Source: Gaiellaceae bacterium (GTDB lineage: Bacteria; Actinomycetota; Thermoleophilia; Gaiellales; Gaiellaceae). From it: 31,343 nt of DNA. Under the pieces are notes generated by a model. The model did not search any database, was not told where the DNA came from, and worked only from the letters and a program-made list of their open reading frames with translations. Below, piece by piece: positions 8,320 to 16,758 of this stretch (within the stretch, counting starts at the first letter, position 1; each line of letters begins with the position of its first letter). The position numbers were made by a program, and so were the translations under genes. The DNA is taken from positions 1-31,343 of the forward strand of contig DASTWH010000077.1 in NCBI GenBank assembly GCA_035758735.1, read 5' to 3'.

Positions 8320-9015
8320 CTACTTCGGCTCGGCTTCGAGCTTGTAGCCGACGCCGTAGCGCGTGTGGATGAACGTGTGGTTCGGCGCACGGCGGTCGAC
8401 CTTCTCGCGGAGCTTGCGGACGAAGACGTCGACCGTGCGGTCGCGATGGGTCGCCCGTCGTCCCCAGACTCGCTGGAGCAGCTCGTCACGAGTGAGCACG
8501 CGTCCCTTCTCGCGGGCGAGCGTGTAGAGGAGACGGAACTCCGTCGGTGTCAGCTCGGCGCTCTTCCCGTCGACGTACGCCTGGACGTTGTCGGGGTCGA
8601 GGCGAAGCTCCTCGATGTCGATCCTGTCGCCCCGCCGCGGCTCGGCGTCGCTCACGCCGCGGCGGGCAGCGGCGCGCACGCGCGCCGCGAGCTCCTTCAT
8701 CGAGAACGGCTTGACGAGGTAGTCGTCGGCGCCGATCTCGAGCGCGTGCACGCGATCGTGCTCCGTGCCGCGTGCCGAGACGACGACGATGGGCGTGCCG
8801 ATGCCCTCGTCGCGCGCCTGCTCGATTACGCGCCAGCCGTCGATGCCGGGAAGCATCAGGTCGAGGACGCAGACGTCGGGCCGCTCGTAGCGCAGGCGCG
8901 CAAGACCAGTCTCCCCATTGGCGACCCCAACAGCGTCGAAGCCGGCCGTCTCCAGGTGTCGCGCCATCCCGCGGGCGATGACGTCGTCGTCTTCGATGAT
9001 CAGGACTTTCGCCAT
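8320..9015 (-). CDS. OmpR/PhoB-family response regulator (PhoP/RegX3-like)
   Basis: IEDD acidic pocket, LDLMLP phospho-Asp, GADDYLVKPFS, C-terminal wHTH (LTPTEFRLL...RTVDVFVRKLREK...TRYGVGY). The Pho assignment rests on context. Confidence 0.9.
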   Translation of the reverse strand: MAKVLIIEDDDVIARGMARHLETAGFDAVGVANGETGLARLRYERPDVCVLDLMLPGIDGWRVIEQARDEGIGTPIVVVSARGTEHDRVHALEIGADDYLVKPFSMKELAARVRAAARRGVSDAEPRRGDRIDIEELRLDPDNVQAYVDGKSAELTPTEFRLLYTLAREKGRVLTRDELLQRVWGRRATHRDRTVDVFVRKLREKVDRRAPNHTFIHTRYGVGYKLEAEPK

Positions 9016-9090
9016 GCGGCAACACCATAGTGGCCGGCTGCGACCATTCCCGGGGAGCCGAGATGGTGTCCATCCGGTAACCGAGTGGCT

Positions 9091-9149
9091 ATGGCGATGT
9101 CAAGCTGGCTTGACACCACGACGCTGTCAAGCTAACTTGACATCGCCAT
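9091..9149 (+). promoter_or_regulatory. Two 18-bp palindromic operators overlapping a sigma70-type promoter (TTGACA 9110-9115, 17 nt, TAACTT 9133-9138)
   Basis: TGTCAAGCTGGCTTGACA at 9098-9115 and TGTCAAGCTAACTTGACA at 9125-9142, directly upstream of the XRE gene. Confidence 0.8.
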
Positions 9150-9342
9150 GCGGAACGACATCAGGGAGCGGCGGCTCGAGCGAGATCTGTCCCAGGCAGA
9201 GCTCGCGAGGGCCATGGGCGTGTCGCGTCAGACGATCAACTCGATCGAGACGGAGAGGTACACGCCGTCACTGCCGCTCGCGCTCGCGCTCGCCCGTTTC
9301 TTCGACGTCCAGGTGGAGGAGATGTTCGATGGAGATGAGTAG
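9148..9342 (+). CDS. Small Cro/C1 (XRE) HTH transcriptional regulator
   Basis: 64 aa; LSQAELARAMGVSRQTINSIETERYTPSLPLALALARFF. Confidence 0.92.
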   Translation: MRNDIRERRLERDLSQAELARAMGVSRQTINSIETERYTPSLPLALALARFFDVQVEEMFDGDE

Positions 9343-9712
9343 GTCGAAATGGTTCCAGCCCGCGCTCGCCGTTGCCCTCGGCGTCGTCTTCTTCGCGGCG
9401 CTTTGGATCGGCGGTGACCCCCGGAACGGCGCGTACTCGTTGCTGATCATGGTCGGTCTCGCGGCCGTGATCCTCTTCGGAGGGCGAAGCGAGACGATTC
9501 GCGGCCTTCGCGGCGACGGGAAAGACGAGCGCTTTCGCCAGATCGACCTCGCGGCGACCGCGATCGCGGGCATCGTCGTCATCACGGCGATCCTTGGTGC
9601 GTTCGTCGTCGAGGTCGCCCGCGGGGAAGACGGCAGCCCGTACGCGCAGCTCGGTGCGATCGCTGGAGTCGCCTATCTCGTGGCCGTCGTCGTGTTGCGC
9701 CTCCGCGGGTGA
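9329..9712 (+). CDS. Small 4-TM membrane protein (DUF2178-like partner of the XRE regulator)
   Basis: ATG 9329 preceded by GGAGGAG (alternative ATG 9335). Four hydrophobic helices and a DERFRQIDLAA segment; overlaps the XRE stop. Confidence 0.75.
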   Translation: MEMSRSKWFQPALAVALGVVFFAALWIGGDPRNGAYSLLIMVGLAAVILFGGRSETIRGLRGDGKDERFRQIDLAATAIAGIVVITAILGAFVVEVARGEDGSPYAQLGAIAGVAYLVAVVVLRLRG

Positions 9713-9744
9713 GACCGGGTCCCGGAGGCGCGGAACCCGGTCTC
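9711..9744. terminator. GC-rich hairpin between convergent genes, probable terminator
   Basis: Perfect 10-bp inverted repeat GAGACCGGGT (9711-9720) / ACCCGGTCTC (9735-9744); no long U-tract. Confidence 0.6.
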
Positions 9745-9754
9745 GGCGCCTGCC

Positions 9755-10402
9755 TCAACTGTCCGCTTCGGTGTCGGCGTCCGTGTTCTCGCCGTCCGCC
9801 TGCTCCTGCGTGAGCACGTCGACGAGGTAGACGACCTCGCAACCGACGAGCTGCGTGATGCGCCGCTCGGAGCGGAGGATCCATGCGGTATCGCGTCCAG
9901 GCCCGCACTGCAGGAGGTCCACGTCGCCGTCGGCCGCCAGCGCGTGGAGCTGGTCGTTCCCGTAGCCGCCGAAGACGCGGTCCGCGCCCCAGCCGCCGTA
10001 CAGGGAGTCGTCGCCCGCTCCGCCGGAGACGTCGTCGGGCCCACGGTTCCCGGCCGCGCGGTCGTCGCCGTCGCGTCCGTTCACCTCGTCCGAGTCGGAC
10101 CCGCCGTAGAGACGGTCGCCTCCGGTGCCGCCCGCAACGACGTCGTTGCCGCGGCCACCGTAGACGAGGTCTCCACCGTCGCCCGCGCGCACGCCGTCGT
10201 TCCCGGCGCCGGCCCGAACGTCGTCGCCTCCCGCTCGGGCATACACGAGGTCGTTGCCGGCGAACGCCGAGACGCGATCCGGCTGATCCGTGCCGCGTAG
10301 CACGTCGTCGCCCGGCGTCCCCACGACGACTGCGGCCGCCGCGACGGACGTCGCGATGAGCATTCCCGCCGCACCGAGAACTGTGAGTGCCTTGCCCTTC
10401 AT
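9755..10402 (-). CDS. Secreted calcium-binding protein with RTX/hemolysin-type GGxGxD repeats
   Basis: ATG 10402 with AAGGAG SD. Sec-type signal (MKGKALTVLGAAGMLIATSVAAA) followed by many nonapeptide repeats (YGGRGNDVV, AGGTGGDRL, SGGAGDDSL, YGGWGADRV, FGGYGNDQL). Confidence 0.85.
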   Translation of the reverse strand: MKGKALTVLGAAGMLIATSVAAAAVVVGTPGDDVLRGTDQPDRVSAFAGNDLVYARAGGDDVRAGAGNDGVRAGDGGDLVYGGRGNDVVAGGTGGDRLYGGSDSDEVNGRDGDDRAAGNRGPDDVSGGAGDDSLYGGWGADRVFGGYGNDQLHALAADGDVDLLQCGPGRDTAWILRSERRITQLVGCEVVYLVDVLTQEQADGENTDADTEADS

Positions 10403-10504
10403 GCGTTCTCCTTTCCGAGGACGCATGCATTCACCGAGATGTGAGTACGGACGTCGTGAGATCCGCGCAAGCGGTCCGCAAACCTTCTGTTAGAACGCTG
10501 TGAC

Positions 10505-11431
10505 GTGACGGACGCCGATGCCACTCGCGGGAGAGTCCTCGTCGAGGAGAGCCGGGAGGCGATCGTCGTCCTCGACGACAGCGACCGGGTGCTCCACGCG
10601 AGTCGCCGGGCACGCCAGGCCGTCGATGGCCTGCGCGAGGGTGATCCGCTACCTGCCGACCTGCTCACGGGCGAGCGCGGCGTGATCCCCCTCGTCGTCC
10701 CGTACGAGGTCAACGGACGCCGCGAACGCCTCGTCTACCTCTCGCGGGAAGGAGACCTTGCGGCGTACGAAGAGCTTCGCGCCGGCTTCACCGCAGCGGT
10801 CTCACACGAGCTGCGGACGCCCCTCGCCAGGCTGCTGACGCTCCTCGAGACCACGGCGCTTCCCGGCGAGGACGTTCCGGCGCTCGTCGAGCAGGCGCGC
10901 GGCGAGATCGACCAGATCACCGAGCTCATCGACGAGGTGCTCTTCCTCTCCGAGCTCGAGTCGGGCGCGCGTGTCGTCGCGCTCGGCCCCACACCCGTCA
11001 AGCCCGTGCTCGAGGAGGCAGTCGACGAGCTCGAGGAGCGGGCCACGCGGGCGGGGGTCGAGGTCCGGCTCGAGTGCGCCGACGACATCGAGCTGGCCAT
11101 CCGACCCCGCATGCTCCGCGTGATCGCGCAGAACCTCGCGGAGAACGCGATCCGCTACGCCGGCCCGGGCGCCACGTTCACGCTCTCCGTCGACCGCGAC
11201 GGTGGCGTCGTCACGGTGACCGGGCGCGACGACGGGATCGGCGTCGAGGAGTCCGAGCTGGCGAGGCTGTTCGAGCGGTTCTACCGCTCCGACCGCGCGC
11301 GCGCATCGCGCGGGACCGGCCTCGGGCTCGCGATCGTCAAGCACATCGTCACGCAGGCGGGTGGGACGGTCGACGCCCGCGGGGCGCGTGGGCGCGGGCT
11401 CGAGGTGCGGGCCGAGCTCCCGGCGCCGTAG
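10505..11431 (+). CDS. Sensor histidine kinase, PhoR/SenX3-like, with no transmembrane segment
   Basis: H-box SHELRTPL, N-box NLAENAIRY, G1 DDGIG, F-box FERFYR, G2 GTGLGLAI; upstream of pstB-phoU. Confidence 0.9.
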   Translation: MTDADATRGRVLVEESREAIVVLDDSDRVLHASRRARQAVDGLREGDPLPADLLTGERGVIPLVVPYEVNGRRERLVYLSREGDLAAYEELRAGFTAAVSHELRTPLARLLTLLETTALPGEDVPALVEQARGEIDQITELIDEVLFLSELESGARVVALGPTPVKPVLEEAVDELEERATRAGVEVRLECADDIELAIRPRMLRVIAQNLAENAIRYAGPGATFTLSVDRDGGVVTVTGRDDGIGVEESELARLFERFYRSDRARASRGTGLGLAIVKHIVTQAGGTVDARGARGRGLEVRAELPAP

Positions 11432-11433
11432 CG

Positions 11434-11462
11434 CTTCACCGAATCCTCACCACATCTTCACC
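11434..11462 (+). promoter_or_regulatory. PHO-box-like 11-bp-period direct repeats upstream of pstB
   Basis: CTTCACC (11434), CCTCACC (11445), CTTCACC (11456); a CAGCAT -10-like hexamer follows at 11481-11486. Confidence 0.75.
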
Positions 11463-11526
11463 ACCGTGCGGCCCGGCGCGCAGCATGGGCTGAGGACACT
11501 CTGGTCGTGGGTGCTCGCACGAAAGC

Positions 11527-12405
11527 GTGCTCGTGACGACCGTGGACGAGGCGACCGCCGCTCCAGCTGTCGACAGTGTCCGCATCGGCGAGCTGGCCGG
11601 AGCGGCCGCGACCGACGTCCGCTCGCGCGACGTCGTCTTCGCGATCGACAAGCTGTCGGTGCGCTACAGCGGGGCGATCGCGCTCCGCGAGGCGACGCTC
11701 GACGTCCACAAGAACGCCGTCACCGCGTTCATCGGGCCGTCGGGCTGCGGCAAGAGCACCTTCATCCGCTGCCTGAACCGGATGACCGACGAGATTCCCG
11801 GCGCGACCATCGAGGGCGAGGTGCTGTACCACGGTCGGAGCCTGTACGCGCCCGAGGTCGACAAGGTCGAGGTGCGTCGCCGGATCGGGATGGTGTTCCA
11901 GAAGCCGAACCCGTTCCCGAAGTCGATCTACGACAACATCGCCTTCGGCCCGCGGATGCTCGGGATGAAGAAGGACCTCGACGACCGGGTGGAACGCGTG
12001 TTGAGGCACAGCGCGCTCTGGGACGAGGTCAAGGACCGCCTCAAGGAGAACGCCCTCGGGCTCTCCGGCGGCCAGCAGCAGCGCCTCTGCATCGCGCGCG
12101 CGCTGGCGGTGGAGCCCGACGTGATCCTCATGGACGAGCCGGCGTCCGCGCTCGACCCGATCTCGACGACGCGTATCGAGGACCTCATCCACGAGCTCAA
12201 GCGCGAGTACACGATCGCGATCGTCACGCACAACATGCAGCAGGCCGCGCGCGTCGCGGACATGACGGCGTTCTTCAGCGTCGAGGTGCGAGAGGACGGG
12301 AAGGGGCGGAACGGGATTCTCGTCGAGTACGACCTGACGACGAAGATCTTCACCAACCCGGGCGACAAGCGCACCGAGGACTACGTGACGGGGCGGTTCG
12401 GATGA
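11527..12405 (+). CDS. pstB: Phosphate ABC transporter ATP-binding protein
   Basis: [74 protein letters not shown]. The start could be GTG 11533. Confidence 0.95.
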   Translation: MLVTTVDEATAAPAVDSVRIGELAGAAATDVRSRDVVFAIDKLSVRYSGAIALREATLDVHKNAVTAFIGPSGCGKSTFIRCLNRMTDEIPGATIEGEVLYHGRSLYAPEVDKVEVRRRIGMVFQKPNPFPKSIYDNIAFGPRMLGMKKDLDDRVERVLRHSALWDEVKDRLKENALGLSGGQQQRLCIARALAVEPDVILMDEPASALDPISTTRIEDLIHELKREYTIAIVTHNMQQAARVADMTAFFSVEVREDGKGRNGILVEYDLTTKIFTNPGDKRTEDYVTGRFG

Positions 12406-13064
12406 GAACCGAGCTGCAGTCGGACCTCGACGCGCTCGAGGCCGGGTTCCAGGAGATCGGCGAGGTCGTATCGCGGGCGATCCGCGGTGCGGTCGACGCT
12501 CTCCGGAGCCAGGACGTCGAGCTCTGCGACGAGGTCATCGCTTTCGACGACGAGATCGACGACCGCTACATGGGGCTCGAGAACCAGATCCAGCTCGTGC
12601 TCGCCCGGCAGACGCCGGTCGCGACAGACCTCCGGCTCGTGCTCGCGATCCTGCACTCGGCCATCCACGTCGAGCGCATGGGCGACCAGTGCGTCACGAT
12701 CGCGAAGCTCACGAAGCTCTCGAGCCATCTCGAGACGAAGCACGACGTCATCGAGAGCCTCGTCGACATGGGGGAGCGCTGCGTCGAGATGGTACGGGTA
12801 TCGCTCGACGCGTTCGCGACTCGCGACGTTGCGATGGCGCGGCGCATCCACGAGCTCGACGAGCTCGTCGACCGTGCGAATCGGCAGGTGTTCGACGAGG
12901 TCCTCGGCTACGTCAACGACGCCGCGGCGCTCGAGTGGGGCATGCGACAGATCACGGTCGCGCGCTGCTTCGAGCGCATCGGCGACAACGCCGTCGACAT
13001 CGGCGAGCAGACGGCATTCCTCGTCACGGCGGAGTTCCGCGAGTTCACCGACGCCTCGCATTGA
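12402..13064 (+). CDS. phoU: Phosphate signalling protein PhoU
   Basis: ATGA overlap with pst[26 protein letters not shown] and [11 protein letters not shown] repeats. Confidence 0.95.
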   Translation: MRTELQSDLDALEAGFQEIGEVVSRAIRGAVDALRSQDVELCDEVIAFDDEIDDRYMGLENQIQLVLARQTPVATDLRLVLAILHSAIHVERMGDQCVTIAKLTKLSSHLETKHDVIESLVDMGERCVEMVRVSLDAFATRDVAMARRIHELDELVDRANRQVFDEVLGYVNDAAALEWGMRQITVARCFERIGDNAVDIGEQTAFLVTAEFREFTDASH

Positions 13065-13070
13065 GCCACC

Positions 13071-13092
13071 AGATCGTCACGAGATCTTCACC
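13071..13092 (+). promoter_or_regulatory. PHO-box-like tandem 11-mers upstream of pstS
   Basis: AGATCGTCACG (13071-13081) and AGATCTTCACC (13082-13092), with a third in-phase CAC at 13067; they match the pstB-upstream units. Confidence 0.75.
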
Positions 13093-13194
13093 TTCGCGCA
13101 CCACACGGCCACAGCGATGCGGAGGAGACTCGCCGCGCATGTGCTCGGGGGCAGGCACGACCCACGACATCGGAGTGAAAGGGGAATCACGATC

Positions 13195-14247
13195 ATGAAG
13201 CGCATCCTTGCCGCGGGACTCGTAGCGCTCGCGATCGTCGCGCTCGCTGCCTTCGCAGGCAGGACGCAGTCGGCGTCCGCGAAGCCGACGGCGGGCTCGC
13301 TCGTGGGCACGGGAGCGACGTTCCCGTTCCCACTCATCTCGAAATGGATCCCGGCGGCCGACAACGCGCTCGGGATCAAGATCATCTACACCGCGACCGG
13401 CTCCGGAGCCGGCATCGCCCAGATCACGGCCCGGACAGTCGACTTCGGCGCTTCGGACGCTCCGTTGTCGCCGGATCAGCTCGCCGCCTGCAAGGGCTGC
13501 GTCGTGATCCCGTGGGCGCTCGCCGGCATGTCGGTGATGTACAACCTCCCGGGTCTCGGCGGACGGCTCATCCTGAATGGGCCTGTCCTCGCGAACATCT
13601 ACCTCGGGAACATCACGACCTGGAACGCGCCGGCAATCAGGGCGCTCAATCCCGGAAGGAACCTTCCGAACACCAAGATCACCGTCGTCTACCGCTCGGA
13701 CGGCTCCGGCTCGACGTACGCCTTCACGAACTACCTCTCCGAGATCAGCCCGCAGTGGAAGAGCAAGGTCGGCGTCAACACGAGCGTCAACTTCCCTGTC
13801 GGAACAGGAGCACGCGGGAGCGCTGGAGTCGCCGGCGTCGTCAGGTCGACGGAGGGTGCGTTGACCTACGCGGACGCGGCGTACGCGATCCAGAACAAGA
13901 TCGCGTTCGCGCTCATGAAGAACCGAGCCGGAGGGAACGCGACCCCGGGTGTCCGCGGCGTGACCGCGGCTCTTTGCGAAGTCCCCGCGAAGGTCACGAG
14001 CCTCTCGCAGCTGAAGATCGTCGACCCCTCGCCGAAGTGCGGCAAGCGGGCGTACCCGATCTCGACGTTCACGTACGTGATCGTCCCGACGAGCTCGGGG
14101 GACAAGGCCGCCGACCTCCGCAAGTTCGTCTACTGGGCCGTCACCGCCGGCCAGAAGTTCGGCCCGCCGCTCTTCTTCGTGCCGATGCCGAAGGCAGTGA
14201 ACGGGTTCATCTACCGCGAGATCAAGAAGATCCAGGCCGGGTCGTAG
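13195..14247 (+). CDS. pstS: Phosphate ABC transporter substrate-binding protein
   Basis: ATG 13195 with AAAGGGG SD. GTGATFPFPL, TGSGAGI, DFGASDAPL, RSDGSGST, YPISTFTY motifs. Confidence 0.95.
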   Translation: MKRILAAGLVALAIVALAAFAGRTQSASAKPTAGSLVGTGATFPFPLISKWIPAADNALGIKIIYTATGSGAGIAQITARTVDFGASDAPLSPDQLAACKGCVVIPWALAGMSVMYNLPGLGGRLILNGPVLANIYLGNITTWNAPAIRALNPGRNLPNTKITVVYRSDGSGSTYAFTNYLSEISPQWKSKVGVNTSVNFPVGTGARGSAGVAGVVRSTEGALTYADAAYAIQNKIAFALMKNRAGGNATPGVRGVTAALCEVPAKVTSLSQLKIVDPSPKCGKRAYPISTFTYVIVPTSSGDKAADLRKFVYWAVTAGQKFGPPLFFVPMPKAVNGFIYREIKKIQAGS

Positions 14248-14254
14248 GGCGGCT

Positions 14255-15229
14255 TTGACCTCGACGACCTACGAGACCACCACGGCGCCGGAGAGCGATC
14301 TCCGGCGCCGTGGCATTCGCATCGGCGATCTCCTCTTCAAGGGGATCGCGATCCTCGCGGCCCTCGCCGCGACCGTTCTCCTGGTCTGGATCGCCTACAA
14401 GGTCATCGATCTGGCGTGGCCGGCGATCCAGGACTTCGGGCTGAGCTTCGTCTGGACGGAGGCCTGGGACCCGGTCACGAACCAGTTCGGCGCGCTCATC
14501 TTCATCTACGGGACCGTCGTCACGTCGTTGATCGCGCTCGCCATCGCGACCCCGCTGTCCATCGCGATCGCTCTCTTCCTGACCGAAATCGCGCCGCGGA
14601 GGCTGGCGGCGCCGATTGCGACGATGGTCGAGCTGCTCGCCGCCATTCCGAGCGTCGTCCTCGGTCTATGGGGGATCCTCGTGTTCGGTCCCTGGGTTCG
14701 CGACCACCTCGAGCCGTGGATCCAGAACACGCCGCTCGGATGGCTTCCCGTCTTTTCGGGTGAGCCGAGTGCTTCGGGCATCTTCACTGCAGCACTCGTC
14801 CTGACCGTCATGATCATCCCGATCACGTCGGCGATCTGCCGCGAGCTGTTCATCCGGGTGCCACGCGAGCTCACGGATGGGGCCCTAGCACTCGGCTCGA
14901 CGCGCTGGGAGGCGATTCGGGGCGTCATGTTCGCGTACGCGGCTCCCGGCATCGTCGCGGCGGTGTTGCTCGGTCTCGGCCGGGCGTTCGGCGAGGCGAT
15001 CGCCGTCAACCAGACGATCGGCAACCACAATGCGATTCCGTCGTCGTGGTTCGAGCCGGGCGACTCGCTCGGGAGCAAGATCGCCTCGGAGTACGTCGGC
15101 GCCACGAGTGTCGAGCAGGCGTCGTCGATCCTCTACCTCGCCGCGATCCTGATGGTCATCTCGCTCGCGACGAATCTCGTTGCACAGCTCGTCGTCGTGC
15201 GCTTCGAGCGCGCCCGGAGAGCGGTATGA
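14255..15229 (+). CDS. pstC: Phosphate ABC transporter permease
   Basis: TTG start. IYGTVVTSLIAL, ELLAAIPSVVLGLWG, ALALGSTRWE, LGLGRAFGE. Confidence 0.93.
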   Translation: MTSTTYETTTAPESDLRRRGIRIGDLLFKGIAILAALAATVLLVWIAYKVIDLAWPAIQDFGLSFVWTEAWDPVTNQFGALIFIYGTVVTSLIALAIATPLSIAIALFLTEIAPRRLAAPIATMVELLAAIPSVVLGLWGILVFGPWVRDHLEPWIQNTPLGWLPVFSGEPSASGIFTAALVLTVMIIPITSAICRELFIRVPRELTDGALALGSTRWEAIRGVMFAYAAPGIVAAVLLGLGRAFGEAIAVNQTIGNHNAIPSSWFEPGDSLGSKIASEYVGATSVEQASSILYLAAILMVISLATNLVAQLVVVRFERARRAV

Positions 15230-16122
15230 GCGACATCGCCACGACGGTCGACCCGTTCGACATCACCGTCAAGTCGAACGGGCTCCGCCGCCGGCGCATC
15301 GTCGAGAAAGTCTTCGGCGTCCTCGCGATCGCGTCAGCAGTGCTGGCATGCGGAATCCTGCTCGTCGTGCTGGGGACCCTCGTCTACAAAGGGTTCAGCC
15401 AGCTCAACGTGGACTTCTTCACGAAGGCCCGCCCGCTGTTCGGTGAGAAGGGCGGCATCGCGGACGCCCTCGTGGGCAGTGCGCTCATCGTCGGCATGGC
15501 GATGATCATCGCGATCCCCGTCTCCGTGCTCGTGGCGATCTACATGTCCGAGTACGCGGGTCCACGGGTGTCGCGCGCGCTCAAGATCGTCCTCGACGTC
15601 CTGAACGGCGTGCCGGCGATCGTGGTCGGCATCTTCGTGTTCGGCGTCCTCGTCGTCGGCCACGGCCAGAGCGCGGTGTACGGGGCGTTCGCACTCGCGA
15701 TCCTCATGCTTCCCATGGTCGCCCGAGCGACGCAGGAGATCCTCGAGATCGTCCCGCGCAGCCTCCGCGATGCGAGCTTCGCGCTCGGCGTGACGAAGTG
15801 GCGGACGACCTGGAACATCATCCTGCCGGCGGCGATCGGCGGGATCCTCACCGGCGTTGTCATCGCGGTCGCCAGAGTCGCCGGGGAAACGGCGCCGCTC
15901 CTCTTCACGACATCCATCGCCGCGAGCGAGATCTCGACCGACGTCTCGCACGCGCTCCCAACACTGCCCGTCACGATCTTCGTGTTCTCGGAATCCCCCG
16001 ATCCCGGCGAGCAGGCCGCCGCGTGGGCGGCGGCGCTCGTCCTCATCGCCTTCGTGCTCGTCATGAACGTGCTCGCCAAGCTGTTCGCCGGCCGCAAGCG
16101 GCGTCAGCTCGAAGGCTCCTAG
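15226..16122 (+). CDS. pstA: Phosphate ABC transporter permease
   Basis: ATGA overlap with pstC. GVPAIVVGIF, VPRSLRDASFALGVTKW, ARVAGETAPLL. Confidence 0.93.
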   Translation: MSDIATTVDPFDITVKSNGLRRRRIVEKVFGVLAIASAVLACGILLVVLGTLVYKGFSQLNVDFFTKARPLFGEKGGIADALVGSALIVGMAMIIAIPVSVLVAIYMSEYAGPRVSRALKIVLDVLNGVPAIVVGIFVFGVLVVGHGQSAVYGAFALAILMLPMVARATQEILEIVPRSLRDASFALGVTKWRTTWNIILPAAIGGILTGVVIAVARVAGETAPLLFTTSIAASEISTDVSHALPTLPVTIFVFSESPDPGEQAAAWAAALVLIAFVLVMNVLAKLFAGRKRRQLEGS

Positions 16123-16143
16123 CTTCTCCTCCGTCTCCTGCCC

Positions 16144-16172
16144 GACGCAATGGCGCCCGCCGCCGTTGCGTC
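16144..16172 (+). terminator. Hairpin after pstA, possible terminator
   Basis: GACGCAATGGCG (16144-16155) pairs with CGCCGTTGCGTC (16161-16172), 12 bp including one G-U pair, around a 5-nt loop. Confidence 0.55.
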
Positions 16173-16276
16173 TGCCCGGAAGGAGCGAATCGACGCATGC
16201 CCCTTGACCGCAGGGGTACAAGTTCCGAGAATTCTGTGCAACGGGCCGGGGAGAGCCCGAGGACGAGAGGGCACCG

Positions 16277-16729
16277 ATGCTGTTGCTGAGACACGCGAGT
16301 GCAGGCGAGCGACTCTCGTCTCCCGGGGTGGACCGTTTCCGCCGGCTGGACGAGGAAGGACGCATGACGGCCCGCCAGCTCGTGTGGTCATTGGCAGACC
16401 GCGAGATCACGCAGATCGTTTCGAGCCCACTTGCGCGCTGCGTCGAGACCGTCGTCCCGATCGCCGCGAGCCGGGGGCTCGCCGTCGACCAGCGGTGGGA
16501 GCTCGGTCCGGACTCGTCGCTCGAGGACGTGACGACGTTGCTCCTCGACCTGCCCGAGACATCGCTGGTGTGTACGCACCGCGAGCTCTTCGAGCTGCTC
16601 CTCGGATGGGACGCGCCCTGCGAGAAAGGCGCGATCTGGGTGCTCGAGAAGAACGGGAGCGAGCTCGTCCCGATGCTCTACGTCGAGGCGCCCACGGGGC
16701 TTCCGACGCACCGCCAGGCGGCGGTCTAG
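16277..16729 (+). CDS. Histidine phosphatase superfamily protein (SixA-like)
   Basis: LLRHASAG catalytic RH motif, SSPLARCVET, LVCTH second His. Confidence 0.85.
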   Translation: MLLLRHASAGERLSSPGVDRFRRLDEEGRMTARQLVWSLADREITQIVSSPLARCVETVVPIAASRGLAVDQRWELGPDSSLEDVTTLLLDLPETSLVCTHRELFELLLGWDAPCEKGAIWVLEKNGSELVPMLYVEAPTGLPTHRQAAV

Positions 16730-16758
16730 CTTCTCGAGCCGAAAGCCGCGGCGAACAG

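Noticed and set aside
9900-10330. Repetitive sequence as a CRISPR or tandem DNA array
   Set aside because: The repeats are degenerate at DNA level and correspond to RTX nonapeptides in a coding frame; there is no repeat-spacer structure or cas gene.
9148-10402. XRE/membrane/RTX block as a mobile element or toxin-antitoxin pair
   Set aside because: No integrase, transposase, flanking direct repeats or compositional shift; the membrane protein lacks toxin features.
11503-11541. Hairpin GCACG-AAAG-CGTGC with outer GGTCGT/ACGACC stem over the pstB start
   Set aside because: Short GC-rich stems are expected by chance and there is no conservation evidence; not reported as a regulatory RNA.
16173-16276. 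Possible small RNA between pstA and the phosphatase gene
   Set aside because: Adequately explained by a terminator-like hairpin, a TTGACC-17-GAGAAT promoter candidate and an SD; no recognisable ncRNA family.
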